From Octopus sinensis (lineage: Eukaryota): a stretch of 64,000 nucleotides of DNA. Shown here piece by piece: positions 51,101 to 63,968 of the stretch. Within the stretch, counting starts at the first letter, position 1, and the number at the start of each line of letters is the position of its first letter. Made by a program: the position numbers and the translations under genes. The notes below the pieces were generated by a model that was given only the letters and a program-made list of their open reading frames with translations, made no database searches and was not told where the DNA came from. Location: the NCBI RefSeq assembly GCF_006345805.1, contig NC_043002.1, positions 26,846,001 through 26,910,000 of the forward strand, given 5' to 3'.

Positions 51101-51136
51101 TAAATGTATTAGTATAGCGCTCAAGAATAGAAAAGT

Positions 51137-51173
51137 CTTTTACGTTTCGAGCCTACGCTCTTCTACAGAAAGG
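51137..51173 (-). ncRNA. Minimal hammerhead-like motif with variant core CUGUAGA
   Basis: Minus strand: cttt-CTGTAGA-a-gagc(gtag)gctc-GAAA-C-GTA-aaag, with perfect stems I and II, palindromic ACGT stem III and a GUA site. Confidence 0.6.
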
Positions 51174-51339
51174 TACACAGAAAAAAATGTGTGTAGTAGC
51201 TAACGATCTATCATGACGTCTGACTCATTTATATATGATCATAATATAATATCATAATAATAATAAACGTGTAAAGAACGAAAATATAGTGCGGGTGTTT
51301 ATTTGGCAAGACAAAAATGACCATCCTGAAATATAAGTA

Positions 51340-51393
<54 letters not shown>

Positions 51394-51408
51394 ATAATAA
51401 TATGAATA

Positions 51409-51439
<31 letters not shown>

Positions 51440-52268
51440 ATATTATATATATATATATATACCATATGTATTTTTAAAATGCCTGTATGTTTACTATGGT
51501 ATTCCGATAACCTCTGTCTCTGTGCGGTGACCTCCTATACGCTGGATCCTGCCCGGGGGAGTTCTCCACCACCGAAATATTGTTTTTGTGTGCATGCATA
51601 ACAGCAACATGTTTCTTTTTTTATATTTCTACATAGTAAAACATTTTATATTCGAACGTGACTACAACTTCAGTTGCTATTTGTGTGTGATATAAACCAT
51701 TCAAAATCTTTTATTGCTTTTTTATTACGTATATATTATCATTAATAGTGTATTTCTTCCTGCTTATTTAATACTAATAGTAGTTTGTTTTAAGTCTGCT
51801 TCAGTTGCTGACAACGTTTTGTGCTGAATATTTTCCTATTATTACAGCTTATGTTAGTTTTTGTACCTACATTACGAAGGATTATTACAACTTAAGATTC
51901 ATTGTCTTTTTTTTCATTTAATATTCTTCATTTATTCATCATTAGTTTTTAAGATTAAATGCACATTCTGTTAACAACTGCTTTGCAAACTTTCATTTTA
52001 TAGCTGTCTGCTTTATCAGTATATATAAAATAATGAATACACCTCTTCCGTTCGATGTGCATCAAAAGGGTAACAATAATGTGAATGTGAATGTAAATAT
52101 ATGTATGTATAATGTATAAATATATACATACGCACAGACACACACAAACACACTCATATATATATATATATATATATACATACATTCATACATACATACA
52201 TGCATACATACATACATACATACATATATATATATATATACATACATTCATACATACATACATATATA

Positions 52269-52324
<56 letters not shown>

Positions 52325-52509
52325 GCAGTATTTAGGCACTAACTTTTTATTACTTTATAAAGCACGTTCTATTAATAAATATATTTTTAAAAAATTGGAA
52401 TGAGTACTTCAGCCCTGATCCAGCTAATACATATTCTGAACGATCAGGCATCTATATGGTAGCTAAAGATGCTAGAAATGACAGCTAAATCTTCCTTAAA
52501 CCACAACTT

Positions 52510-55500
52510 ACAAGAAGACTTGGAATGAAATGATGAAGGCTCAATTCAGGACTCTGGTGTTAAGGGATGAGATGACAAATTGCTGCGATCTCTGCTTCTG
52601 AAAATGTCTGAACCTCCTCACCAACATATATAAATGCAGAATATTTAGACACTGATAATATACAAGAGTTTTCAATGGTTATCCGGAAGACAAACGCGTT
52701 GCTACAGCTGGTAACCAATCGTCCAGCAGCAGAAAAAGTTACAGTAATTATGGCAGATGTTTGGAAACAGTACAACGCCAAAGACTTCTGACTCTGCGTA
52801 AAAGGTCTGTTTCTGGTGAATCACTCCTTCGAACAATCGATTCAGTGCATCATGATGCACTGCAGTTCCCATTGCTATTTCCATTTGTTGATAGGGGATA
52901 GAGAGTCAACTTTTGATGTTGCAGCAAAGATTCATATAATTTCACTGATATATTATTACAAAATAGTTCAGGAATATTATCTCCATTTCCTTCAAAACTC
53001 CAGTCATGTTCCTGTGATATATATTTCAAGATTGAAGAAGCAAGGTTACATCGGATTCCATATAATAAAAAGAAATCAGAGCGGAAATTTATCAAAATAT
53101 TCCTGCTTGTACGATACATGTAGATTACAGTGGATTTACCCATTGTCATATGTTGCTCATAAAAAAAAAAACGTTAGTTCCAGAACATATTGAAAACTTT
53201 GTTTATGCAGCGCTTCCAAATCCACAATCACAACGAATTCTATTTCAACATGTTCCCAAAAGCATGCAACATGTATGGTTGGTGGGAAATATATAAACAT
53301 CTCCGCAAAGACGTTCAGGAAAGTACATTACAGAGTTCTAACAACTATCCACTTTACTGGTATTGAAATAATGGTTCTACATTTACAATGTCAAATGTCA
53401 AATTAGATAATTGTTAAGTCGTACCATATTCCTTCTTCATTTTAGTCAAATATGGAGGTCATTGTTATGTAGAGATATGTGAGTCTCTAAAATAAGTTAA
53501 ATATATTCGTAAAGTTTGTAATCGGTAGACAGTCAATATTGGTGGACAGACTAATGTACAACAAACAGAAAAACACAAAGATGAAATTGAAAAATATATT
53601 AATTGCCGCTGTGTTTCCTCATCAGAGGTGGTCTGGCGGGTTTGGGGCTACATGGTTCATATCCTCCAGTCTTACAGGATACATTTCATTTACCCCAACA
53701 GCAATACGCTTACGATAATGATGATGGTGATATTCAACATCTTATCTACATTCATGTCGTATCAACACTTACGGAATGGATGCGGGTTAACGAAGAATTA
53801 TCAGTTAAATCATTTCCACTTTTCCCAGAATTTGACGTATGAAATAATACTGAGAAAATGTGGCATCTCAGAAAAATGATACACACGTAATTGGGTGCAT
53901 GTACTTGGTTTCACCAAAGGAACAGGAGCAATTCTGAGAGATTTCTTGAATCATATTCCTGAAGCTACATCATATGAAGTTATGAGCTATTAATGGCGTA
54001 GTTTTCCTTACTTAGAAAGACGTTTCAATGAGAATGGGCTTAGCATATGATGACCACGAATACTATCTAATTATAGAGTTTGCAAATGTTTCAGCAACCC
54101 CATATCCGATGCAAGATAATTTCTGCTCTGCGAAGTTATATGCAGCATTTGAAAGGCAATTTTCAGAAGAGTATCTGACTGCTTTAGTAGATATCAATGA
54201 TAGTATAGAACCACATGCATTACAAACAAACAGAACGTATTTTGAAAGAAAATTGTTCGACATTAAACAGTTCTCCTCCCCATCAATACACCAAACATCA
54301 GTACAGGCAACCCATTCGTTCTGCAAAATCTTAGAAATTTTTCCACACATTGAACAAAAATTTTCTTTGATGAAAATTTCAAGACATGAAGTTGTGGTCA
54401 ACAATCAGTATTCCGGGTTATTAAAGAGGCAATTTACAATTTAGAAGTAAATACTCGCAATCACAAGATTCTCATTGCTAAAATTTTCTCTATTGAGAGG
54501 TTGGATAGGCCTGGTAAAACTTAACTCTATAGTGTCACTCTTCCCTATGTCCACAAAGAAGGAAATATTGCAACAACCACTGCCTAATCAGTTGCAGCTG
54601 CATTGCTACTTACTGGAGATACAATAGCTCGTTTCGCTTTCTCCTTTTCCTTCCATACTGTTAATGGTATCACATCTATCCACACACAATGACAAAGCAA
54701 CTATCATTCAGACTGATGAATTACCCACCATATCATACTGTTTCCTCCCAGAGACATTGGATAAAACATTAAGGAATCTTATGAAAACGGTTTAAATATG
54801 ATCTGTTTGGAAGGATGGTAATAACTTTTGGTGGGGCTTTTCGATAAATATTATGTCAATAAAGTTCTAAGCAGACTACTGATAGTAGGCAGTAGCTTTA
54901 ATAATTCGTTTTTATGGAAATATGTAAACAATATTTACTTGACAGAACATATGTTATTAAATTCGTATGCACAGAGTTCAGAAGATCAAAACAACTAAAT
55001 ACAGTCCAATATCTGTATACTTCTTGTTGGAAAAGAAGCAAGTGGCGAAATTATTATACTTCAGGGATGTAACATTGTTCGTAATTTCAATGACAGTTTT
55101 CATAGGAAATTTCATACAGGAATGCATTATAGAACCAGAATGCTTTCTCAAATATATTTATGTTGATCGCATTAATGTTTGCTGAAGATGAGAATGTTGT
55201 CATTAGTCATGGTTCAATGCTCTCATCAGGATGTTCCTTCAGAATTCACTACAAATTACTTAAATATGATAAATATTTCAGGCTTACCATCACATTTATT
55301 AAAAATTAAAGGCTCATGTAGTAATTATTCTCTTACATACAATTGTCCATACTTAAGGCATGTGTAATGGTACATGTTTAGGTATTCAAAACAAACATCC
55401 AAGAAAAAGTAATTACGTCAAAAATACATAAAGATGTACATCGCAGAAGAAAACTATTTATACAAAAGTTACCCTTTCTGCAGAAGGTGAAGATTTACCA

Positions 55501-55590
55501 CTTATATTAGTTAAACAGCAGTTAAAATAGCAATGGCAAGGACAATTAATAAAAGACAAGGACAAAAATTTATTTATATCGAGAGAAAAA
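52510..55590 (+). mobile_element. Helitron Rep-helicase fossil
   Basis: Ordered motifs with many stops and frameshifts: DALQFPLLFP, YFKIEEARL, GFTHCHMLL, VVPY...GHCYVEIC, DEIEKYINCR..SSEVVWR, PGKT (Walker A), DE, FGGAFR*IL, YLNMINISGLPSHLLKIK, GMCNGT, ARTINKRQGQ. Confidence 0.92.
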
Positions 55591-55594
55591 AATG

Positions 55595-55795
55595 ATTTAT
55601 ACATTATTTACATTATTTACATTCGACAGATATTTGTCCTCATCTTGTTTGTTGTTAACACAACGTTTCGGCTGATATACCCTCCAGCCTTCTTCAGGTG
55701 TCTTCGGGAAATTTGGAACCTGGGTTCTCATTCCTCTGATATTTTTCGATGTTATCATCATCATCAGCATTATTATCATTATTATATTATTATTA

Positions 55796-55861
<66 letters not shown>

Positions 55862-55892
55862 TATTATTATTATTATTATCATTATTATTATC

Positions 55893-55924
<32 letters not shown>

Positions 55925-55990
55925 CACTATTATTATTATTATTGTTCAGGTCACTGCTTGGAATCGAACTCGAATCTTGGGATTAGTAGT
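55595..55990 (-). mobile_element. SINE-like element: truncated tRNA-like head + (AAT)n + hammerhead-containing tail
   Basis: The minus strand starts ACTACTAATCCCAAGATTCGAGTTCGATTCCAAGCAGTGACC (B box GTTCGATTC at 55969-55961), followed by an ~190-bp (AAT/GAT)n tract and a ~170-bp tail. Confidence 0.8.
55657..55703 (-). ncRNA. Minimal type I hammerhead ribozyme, core intact
   Basis: Minus strand: gacac-CTGAAGA-a-ggctg(gagggtatat)cagcc-GAAA-C-GTT-gtgtt. Stem I gacac/gtgtt, 5-bp stem II, palindromic ACGT stem III, NUH site GUU. Confidence 0.8.
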
Positions 55991-56182
55991 TATGATAACA
56001 TCAAAACATACGTTAGGAATGAGAACCAACGATCGAAATTTCCCCAAGACACCTGATGAAGGCTGGAGGGTATATTAGCTAAAATGTTGTGTTAACAACA
56101 AACAAGATGAGGACAAATATCCGTCGAATGCAAATAATGTAAATAATGTAAATAATTCCTCATCTCTTAAATGTAGAACTGT
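55991..56182 (+). mobile_element. Inverted headless copy of the same tail, hammerhead mutated
   Basis: Reverse-complement match to 55595-55760. The motif at 56047-56093 reads gacacCTGATGAaggctggagggtatatTagcTAaaaTgttgtgtt (G12 lost). Confidence 0.9.
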
Positions 56183-56189
56183 AAAATTG

Positions 56190-56790
56190 ATTACTCCAGC
56201 CATCTAGTCCCTCAGGCGTAGCACAGAATTCGTCAGTGAACAGAACTATTAAAAAATCTCTCTTCATATATTCTTCTGCCCATTTCAGTCTCTTCTGCTT
56301 ATGAACATGCTTCTGAAGGGGTCTTTGCTGGCTACCTGATTCAAGAGGCGACAACTAGTAGTTTTCGATACGTCTACCCAGTCACAAAACATCTCTATTT
56401 TTCAGACATAGGTTCAGCACAACTTCCCTTTCCACACGTGACAAAGTACGATTCGAAGCAACCTTCGACTTAACCTTATCTGCCCTCGACCAGACAGAGA
56501 TAGAATACTGCACAAATTTCTTCACTGTTCGGTGATTCTTTCCCAGTATTTTTTTTTATATATTTCTTTGGTTATTTTTCCTTTTCTAAGCTCTGACACG
56601 ACGGTAGACCTCTCATTCGAGGTAAGATCACATTTCTGACCCATAATGACACTTAAATTGGGCACCTGCTTAATAATTTGGGACGACAGAAATGTTACTG
56701 CTACACGATAATGGCTGCCGTTTGTTTCCTTCTGTGCAGATCCGATTTATTTTATGCGCAGATAATTGTTGCCAACAGTCAGTGGGAAAA
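56190..56790 (-). mobile_element. Tc1-type transposon 5' half
   Basis: ATG at 56644 reads MGQKCDLTSNERSTVVSELRKG; later RPLQKHVHKQKRLKWAEEYMKRDFLIVLFTDE...DGWS contains the first catalytic Asp. Confidence 0.85.
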
Positions 56791-56964
56791 CAACTAATTT
56801 TGGACGCATTTACATGTATTGAGAGAAGGTTGATTTGCCTAATAATGTGGGACGCAGTGTAATTGTCATTTATTTGTTAAATACTTGATGATGTATTAAA
56901 TAGTTGCATGACCACACCCTAAATTTTCTAACTGTTCATGTACTTATTTTTTTGAGTTACCCGG

Positions 56965-57104
56965 AATGGCGATGTGGTAAGAAGTTTGCTTCCCAACCAC
57001 ATAGTTTTGGGTTCAGTCCCACTGCGTGCCACATTGAGCAAGCGTCTTCTACTATAGTCTCGGTCGGCCAAAGCTCTGTGGACAAAGTTGGTAGACGGAA
57101 ACTC

Positions 57105-57148
<44 letters not shown>

Positions 57149-57372
57149 ATATATGTGTATATATCTCTGTGTGTAACATTGCGCCTGTGTTTGTTCCCCT
57201 ACCACCAATTGACAATCAATACTGGTGGTGCATTTTCGTCTCTGTTACTTAATGGTTCGGCTAATAATACCAGTTCGGTATAATAAATGCCAGGTTTTAC
57301 AGGTACGTAATGGTACATTTGTTCAACAAAAATTCCTCAAGGCAATGCCCCGGTATGGCTGAAGAGTAAAGA
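56965..57372 (+). mobile_element. Family A SINE, diverged full length
   Basis: gtggtaagaagtttgcttcccaaccac...ggtcggccaaagc...ggtagacggaaac, central microsatellite and 3' body. Confidence 0.85.
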
Positions 57373-58099
57373 GGGAAACAACCAGATGATAAGAGATAAA
57401 AGACAAACATCTGATTAGCAACATTGCGGCATCATCCGTACTTATATTGTGCAAACTGCAATACCGTTGTATTATTACGTATATGCAGCATTTAACTCCC
57501 GGATTTGTGCATAATTCGAGGAAAAAAATAATTTATTCGACTTTTTCTCATAATTATAATGCATTGATGCAGCCTTTACACTTCTCCCTGTGGTCTACTT
57601 GCTTATTTCAGTGACACATGATATACCGATAAACCATTGGAAATAGGTTATTTTCCAGGGAGTGGAGCGTATTCACTACTAAATTATTATGGTTACATCT
57701 AAAATTAGTGACAAATTGAGGTGATGTATAAACCAGCCGAAAGCGGTTTTCGTGACTTGTATTCGTGTAAATATATGTAGACATATCAGTATCTACAAAT
57801 TAGAATTCTGCGTCTTACAATAAAAGTATTTGATAGGTCATCACCCAAAATAATTAGATAAGTAATTGTATGTATTAGTAATATATACAAATACAGATAT
57901 GAGATTGAGAAATTCACACATTTTCCGTTACACGAATATTGGTAGATTAATGTAAGTCTACAGAAGTAACCTACTGCGGTTACTCTTTTGTCATGTCTGT
58001 AACTAATATCTAATTAGTTAAAGAGCACTTTTAGCTAACACATTTCTGGATAACCCACAGTTAAATTTGATTTGTGAGGTTCTTACTTGTCCATTACCT

Positions 58100-58163
<64 letters not shown>

Positions 58164-58944
58164 TTATATAAATATATAATTTATAAAAATATGGTAAAGT
58201 AAAAAAATTCACTTTACCACACACCGAACTTTTCAGAAATAGCAGCCAAAAATATGGCTATTTCTTCAACTGCAAATAAAAGTCTCCAGACAATGCATAC
58301 TCAGAAAATAACTCACATAGGTATAAGGGAAAAACAATGAAAGATCACATCCATATACGATACCCGAGGACAGTCTGTTTCTGGATTTGTGGGTAAAACG
58401 CCACTTTTCCTTCATCAGCTCAGAGATTTCTTCTGATTTAGATTTGAAAATACTAAGAATCAAACATACCCGTCCGATATCTGTAACATCGGACAAACCA
58501 TGCCAGACATCCAGTACTAGCGAATCCAAAAATACGAATGAGATCTATTATTCTCCCTGTCCACCCACGTGAGTCATAGAGCATTACATTTCTACAGAGG
58601 TAAAAACTGTAGTTCAAATTCTTGGAGAGAAAAGCATTATATTGTCATCAAAAAAGGGGGTAGAATTAATTAATTGTTAATAAATTCGACCAAGCAGTAT
58701 TCGGTATGTAAAGACCATTTACGGTGTATTTGAAGTATTAATATATATGTATCTATGTGTGTCTTTGCGTCTGTCTGTCCCCGCCATCACCGCTTCAGAA
58801 CTGTTGTTGGCGTGTTTACGTTCACGTACCCTAGCGGTTCGACTTAATGCAGTCAGGGATTTTCAAACGTCTACGTTTTGAGGAACGTACGGCTGTGTAG
58901 CAAACTATCGTATTTTTCTCCAGAAACGATACTGTTTATCCTTT

Positions 58945-59076
58945 TATTCTTATATTTGTTTCAGTCATTTGACTGCATGCATGCTGGTGCACCGTCTCTA
59001 GTCGAGCAAATCGAACCAGGGACTTATTCTTCGTAAGCCTAGTACTTATTCTACCGTCTCTGTTGTCGAACCGCTA
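58945..59076 (-). mobile_element. Family A SINE 3' fragment
   Basis: ttgtttcagtcatttgactgc...gacttattcttcgtaagcctagtacttattct...gaaccgcta. Confidence 0.85.
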
Positions 59077-59559
59077 TATATATATATATATATATATATT
59101 CACGGATGTCAACTGTACGTTCTGGTCAGAAAATAGGTGGATTAAAAATAAAATCGAGTAATAATATCAAAAATTAGAAATAAACTAAAGGACGTCACTA
59201 ACAAGACATCTAAAATGCAATTCAAAGTACCTACTACTCTTACAGAATGAGTTCGACCGTTACATCAACATATACCATTTTCATTAACAGAAGGGGAAAG
59301 CTCAAATATTTTCATGTGATTGTCTGAAGTTAAGAAAGTTCCATGAAATACACAATTGTGTTTCAGCCTATTATTTTTCTGAAGCGTTTGTGACGCTTTT
59401 TCGTTTTCATGGCCCCATGAAAGTGAAACATAATTCTAAAGGAAAGTAATTCAATACGAAGTAAATGCTTAATCTGCAATCCTTGATTTGCTGCTAATCG
59501 CTTGAACACTTTTCTATTAATATTTGGCTAACTTTGGCTGCAGGCCTACGCATCCACCA

Positions 59560-60700
59560 TTGACGTAAAAGTAACGGCATGAAAGAGTGCAGGTGATTAT
59601 TTTTATTCTACGCCGATGTCAAACCGCCGTGACAGGTTTTACAACAAGGATGGCTTTAATTTTTGAAGAAAAGAAAGCAGAGATAATGAAAATGCTTGAA
59701 CAAAGCCAAAACCACAGATTCTTTATAGCAGTTTAGGGAATGTTCTTATGTTAACAGTACAGAGAAACAATAAACAGTGAACTGAAGTATTGCATTTGTG
59801 TTGCGCCTGTGACAACATTTCTAGCCGGTAATGGCCTGGCATTTAGGGGTAGTGAGGAAATCATAGTATGTACACAGTAAGAATTTTAAGGGAATTATAG
59901 AATTTATTGCATTCTTTGATCCATTTCTTTTCGGTCACTTGAAGTAGTAAGCAGTCATATCTATAACCAAGCAACTAGAAAGAATTTTTTTTTATTGAAT
60001 GCAAAATATTTGAATCATACTGTAGGAGAACTTAAAACTGCTATTCATTTCTCAATTTATGTGTGTTCAATACCACACCTGGTCCATATTCACCTCATAA
60101 AATGTTGTGCTTTATTGTGCTTCTGCAATGTTTTAAAATTTTCCTACAGTCTGCTTCTCAGAAAGCGGAAACACGGGCTACATCTCTGTTAGAATTTCCT
60201 AATATGGTATAGGTTTTAAAGACTTCACGGGCCGTCCTTCGATAACATCAGTAATATCCAGGTACTACACAGGAACGAAAACCAGACTTTGAGAGAGCAA
60301 CTCGGCTGCCGTTTTTATTCCATATTCTGCACATTCGTTGAATATTGTTGGAGAAGTTATTGTTTTTTTTGTTGCTATTTTGAAGCAGCTATTTTAGCTT
60401 CCTGTAAAGGATATACTCCCTCCTACATCGACGGACGGATAGGCAAATTTAATTAAATCTCTGTAATGAAATATAAGAGTACTAAATTTGAAATCCTTGT
60501 CGGTGGTTAGCAAGTAGAGGTAGGCTCGATTGTAGCCACACTTCTTTATAAAAGGGAGGACAAGATACAATTGATCGAAAGTGCAAGAGACGGGCCTACA
60601 ATTATAAATAATACCTTCCGCCTTTAAGTGCATCACATATTATGTAGAATGTTTTATGAGGAAACAGCTTGGGTGTATTATGAAACACACACATATTGTA
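59560..60700 (+). mobile_element. hAT transposase fossil (ZMYM1/Tip100-like)
   Basis: TFLAGNGLAFRGSEE...FKGIIEFIAFFDPFL..HL, ELKTAIHFSIYVCSIPHLVH (decayed FSIxxDSTPD), AVFIPYSAHSLNIVG (CxAHxLNL), then a decayed STHRW-like motif and KSLS...AR. Confidence 0.8.
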
Positions 60701-60711
60701 CATCTCTACAG

Positions 60712-60935
60712 TTTTAATCTTTTTAATTGTTTCAGTCATCTGTCTACGACCGCCTCGATGGATTTTAGTCGAGCAAATCTACCTCCAGGGCATATATTTT
60801 AAGACTAGTACTTATCTTATCGGTCTCTATTGCCGAACCGCTGTGACGGGGAGGTATATACACCAACACCAGATGTCAAGCGGTGGTGAGGGACAATCAC
60901 AAAGACAAAGGCACATACACATATATACATATATA
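60712..60935 (-). mobile_element. Family A SINE 3' half
   Basis: ttgtttcagtcat...ttagtcgagcaaatc...cggtctctattgccgaaccgc...caccaacaccagatgtcaagcggtggtg. Confidence 0.85.
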
Positions 60936-60990
60936 TATGTGTGTGTGTGTATGTGTGTGTATATGTTTGTGTGAGTGTGTATGTATATAT

Positions 60991-61150
60991 AGCGTGACTG
61001 TATGGTGTGAAGCTTGCTTCCCACCCACATGGCTCCGAGTTCAGTCTCACTACTGGCAACTTGCTCAGGTGTCTTCTAGTATAGCCTCAGGCCGACCGAG
61101 GCCTTGTGAGCGGATTTGGTTGAAGGAAACTAAGAAGAAGCACATCGTAT
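60991..61150 (+). mobile_element. Family A SINE 5' half
   Basis: gtgactgtatggtgtgaagcttgcttcccacccacatgg...ggccgaccgaggccttgtgagcggatttgg. Confidence 0.85.
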
Positions 61151-61784
61151 ATATATATATATTTATATATACCAATTAAGGACTGAACACGAAAATCGGA
61201 CAGTCAACATGCTAGATATAGACGTCAAATCGCCATTCTCCACAAAAGATTATGTTCTCAAATCAAACTCAGCACAAACCCAAGCAATAAACAAGTGAAA
61301 ATATACGAAATAAAATACTTATCCATGTACTGATCAGTTTTGATAAATATTGATTTCTACCCTTAATTAATTTTATATATTTATATATATATATAGATAT
61401 ATATATATATATATATAATATATACAAATGGATGCGTGGCGTTCATTCAATATTATAATAATATAAATAAAAAATATATATGCATGTATACATATATGTA
61501 CATATACTTAAATTATAGGCTAGCGAGTTTTTTTTATATGTATGTATGTGTGTGTGTGTGTGAGTGTGTGTCTGTGTTTGTCTGTATGCATCTATGGGTA
61601 CAGGAGTCACAAATCGGACACAACATGAAATACTATAACGAGCTCTGGTATGCGAAAAACGAGAGAAACAAATGAAAAACAAGACAGGTAACATAAAAAA
61701 CGACCCGTCATCAGTTGCCGTCTGTACATTTACTCCTCATGTATATATGTATATATATATATATGCGTTTATATGAGTGTATTT

Positions 61785-62000
61785 ATGTGTGTGTCTCTGT
61801 GTCTGTGTTAGTCCATCCGCCATCGCCTGGCAACCAATATTTATATGTTTACGTCTAGGTAACTTAGCCGTTCGGCAAAAGTGGGCGACAGGATAAGAAC
61901 CAGGCTCACAAAGAATAAGTACTGCGGCCGATGTCTTCGACTAAAAAGCGGTGCTCCAGCATGGCTGTAGTCAAATAGCTGAAACAAGTAAAAGTGAAAA
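61785..62000 (+). mobile_element. Family A SINE 3' half
   Basis: gtctgtgttagtccatccgccatcgc...aacttagccgttcggcaaaa...gcggtgctccagcatggc...gaaacaagtaaaag. Confidence 0.85.
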
Positions 62001-62664
62001 AAAGTATATATATATATATACTTTATATATATATATACATACCCATGTGTGTTTGTGTGTGTGTAAATTCCAATACTTAACTGTATATTACAATACTTAA
62101 CCGACTTGTTGCATATAAGGTTTGAATTCAGATTGACGTCATTGCGAAATAAATATTTTTTTCCATTCTAGCTATATTTCATCTTTCTTTCCTATTTAAG
62201 AAATTAACACGCAATTTTTTCTTAGATATACAATATAATAATTAAGGAAAATTCACCACACCTATCGAAAACAACAAAACAGATTCATATTTACACATAC
62301 ACACACACAGTACATACAACACACATATAGAACACACACACACACACAGACGTGCTCGCAATGTACACACATTCATGTGTGTGTGTGTTTATAGTAGTGG
62401 AATATAATATGATTGATGTATGTTTTATTTTGCTGAGGTCTAATCATGAAATACATGACTGTTTCAAACGGCGGAAAAAACATTTTAATGATATTTTCGT
62501 GATAAATTTTGATAAATACTTGTTAATATACAGAAGGCGATTGGATAGCAATATATTGTTTTATATTAGACAATAAATAAAATTTGTAATCAGTTTTTGT
62601 TACTCTGTTAAAGTGTAAAAGAAAAAACAAATCTACCAATACATACCTGTATCTATGCATAATA

Positions 62665-62746
<82 letters not shown>

Positions 62747-62869
62747 ATGTATGTATATGTATATGTATATATGATTAAAAAAAGAAAATACACATACTTT
62801 ATATAGTTTTAATATAATTTTTGATATATCAACCGGTTTCGCTTTCGCTATTCATGATATTATGGTTTA

Positions 62870-63968
62870 CTTACTTGAAAAATTGATCCAACCAAGCTCT
62901 CAATTCTACATCAATATTGAGCGGTACTCCGCGCATAGCATTTGATAGAGATCGAAAGAGGTGGAAATCCGTTGGTGCCAAACCAGGAAAGTACGGCGAT
63001 TGTGTGTCAGCACTTACCAGTCATGCGTTTGAAAGGCTTCCTTGGTCATATTGGCGATATGAGGGCGAGCGTTGTCGTGCAGCAGAAGAACTCCATACTG
63101 CCGATTAGGTCATTTCTCTGGAATAGCCGTGCTGAGTCGTTCCACCTGTTGAACGTAGAGTTCCGTGTTAACCATTTGGTTCTGTTCAAACAATTCGTAA
63201 TGGGTAATCCCTTCCCAGTCCTACCATACGCACAGCATCGTTTTACGCGGATGAAGATCTTGTTTCACGCGCAGTGTTGCTTGCTTAACGGGGTTAAGCC
63301 ATTCCTTACGTTGCTTCATATTGATGTAGAGGTACCATTTTTCGTCACCAGTAACGATTAGGTAAAGAAATCGTTGCTGGTGTCCATGAGTTGAGCGGTG
63401 TCAAGCAAGTAAAACAGTGGAGATTGTGTCTCGTTGATTTTTGTTGTTGTCACTTAAAGCATGCAGAACCCATACTTCATACTTCTGAACCTTTGCGATC
63501 GAGTGGAGATGCTTCTCTATAGCAGTGTGGGAGCATTCCATTTTCTCTGCCATCTCCCTTATCTTTTGGCGATAATTTTCGTGCTAAAATAGGTTTAATC
63601 GCTCTTCATCGAACTCAGAAAGAGGTGCGTCTTTGAGGTCAAAATTTCCATGTTTGTACTTGGCATACCAATTACGAGCGGTTCTATCAGCTATGGCACC
63701 CTCTCCATGCACAGCACAAATGTCGCGAGCAGCTTTTGTGGCCTTACAACCTTGATTAAAAGCAAAAAGAAGGTTTTTTCCTAACTTGACATTCTATTTT
63801 AATGATCTGAATATGAACAAAAATTAACTCAAATTAACTAGAAAAAATAAAACAAAATAGAATCCAAAATGATTCAAAAGTAGAATTCTCGAAAACATTG
63901 ATTCCAAAGTTTAAAAACGCAAAAAATTCCCAAATTAAAAAAACCGCGGGAACTTAGTTGGCAACCCA

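Noticed and set aside
60394-60636. 80-aa minus ORF
   Set aside because: It is antisense to the hAT transposase fossil.
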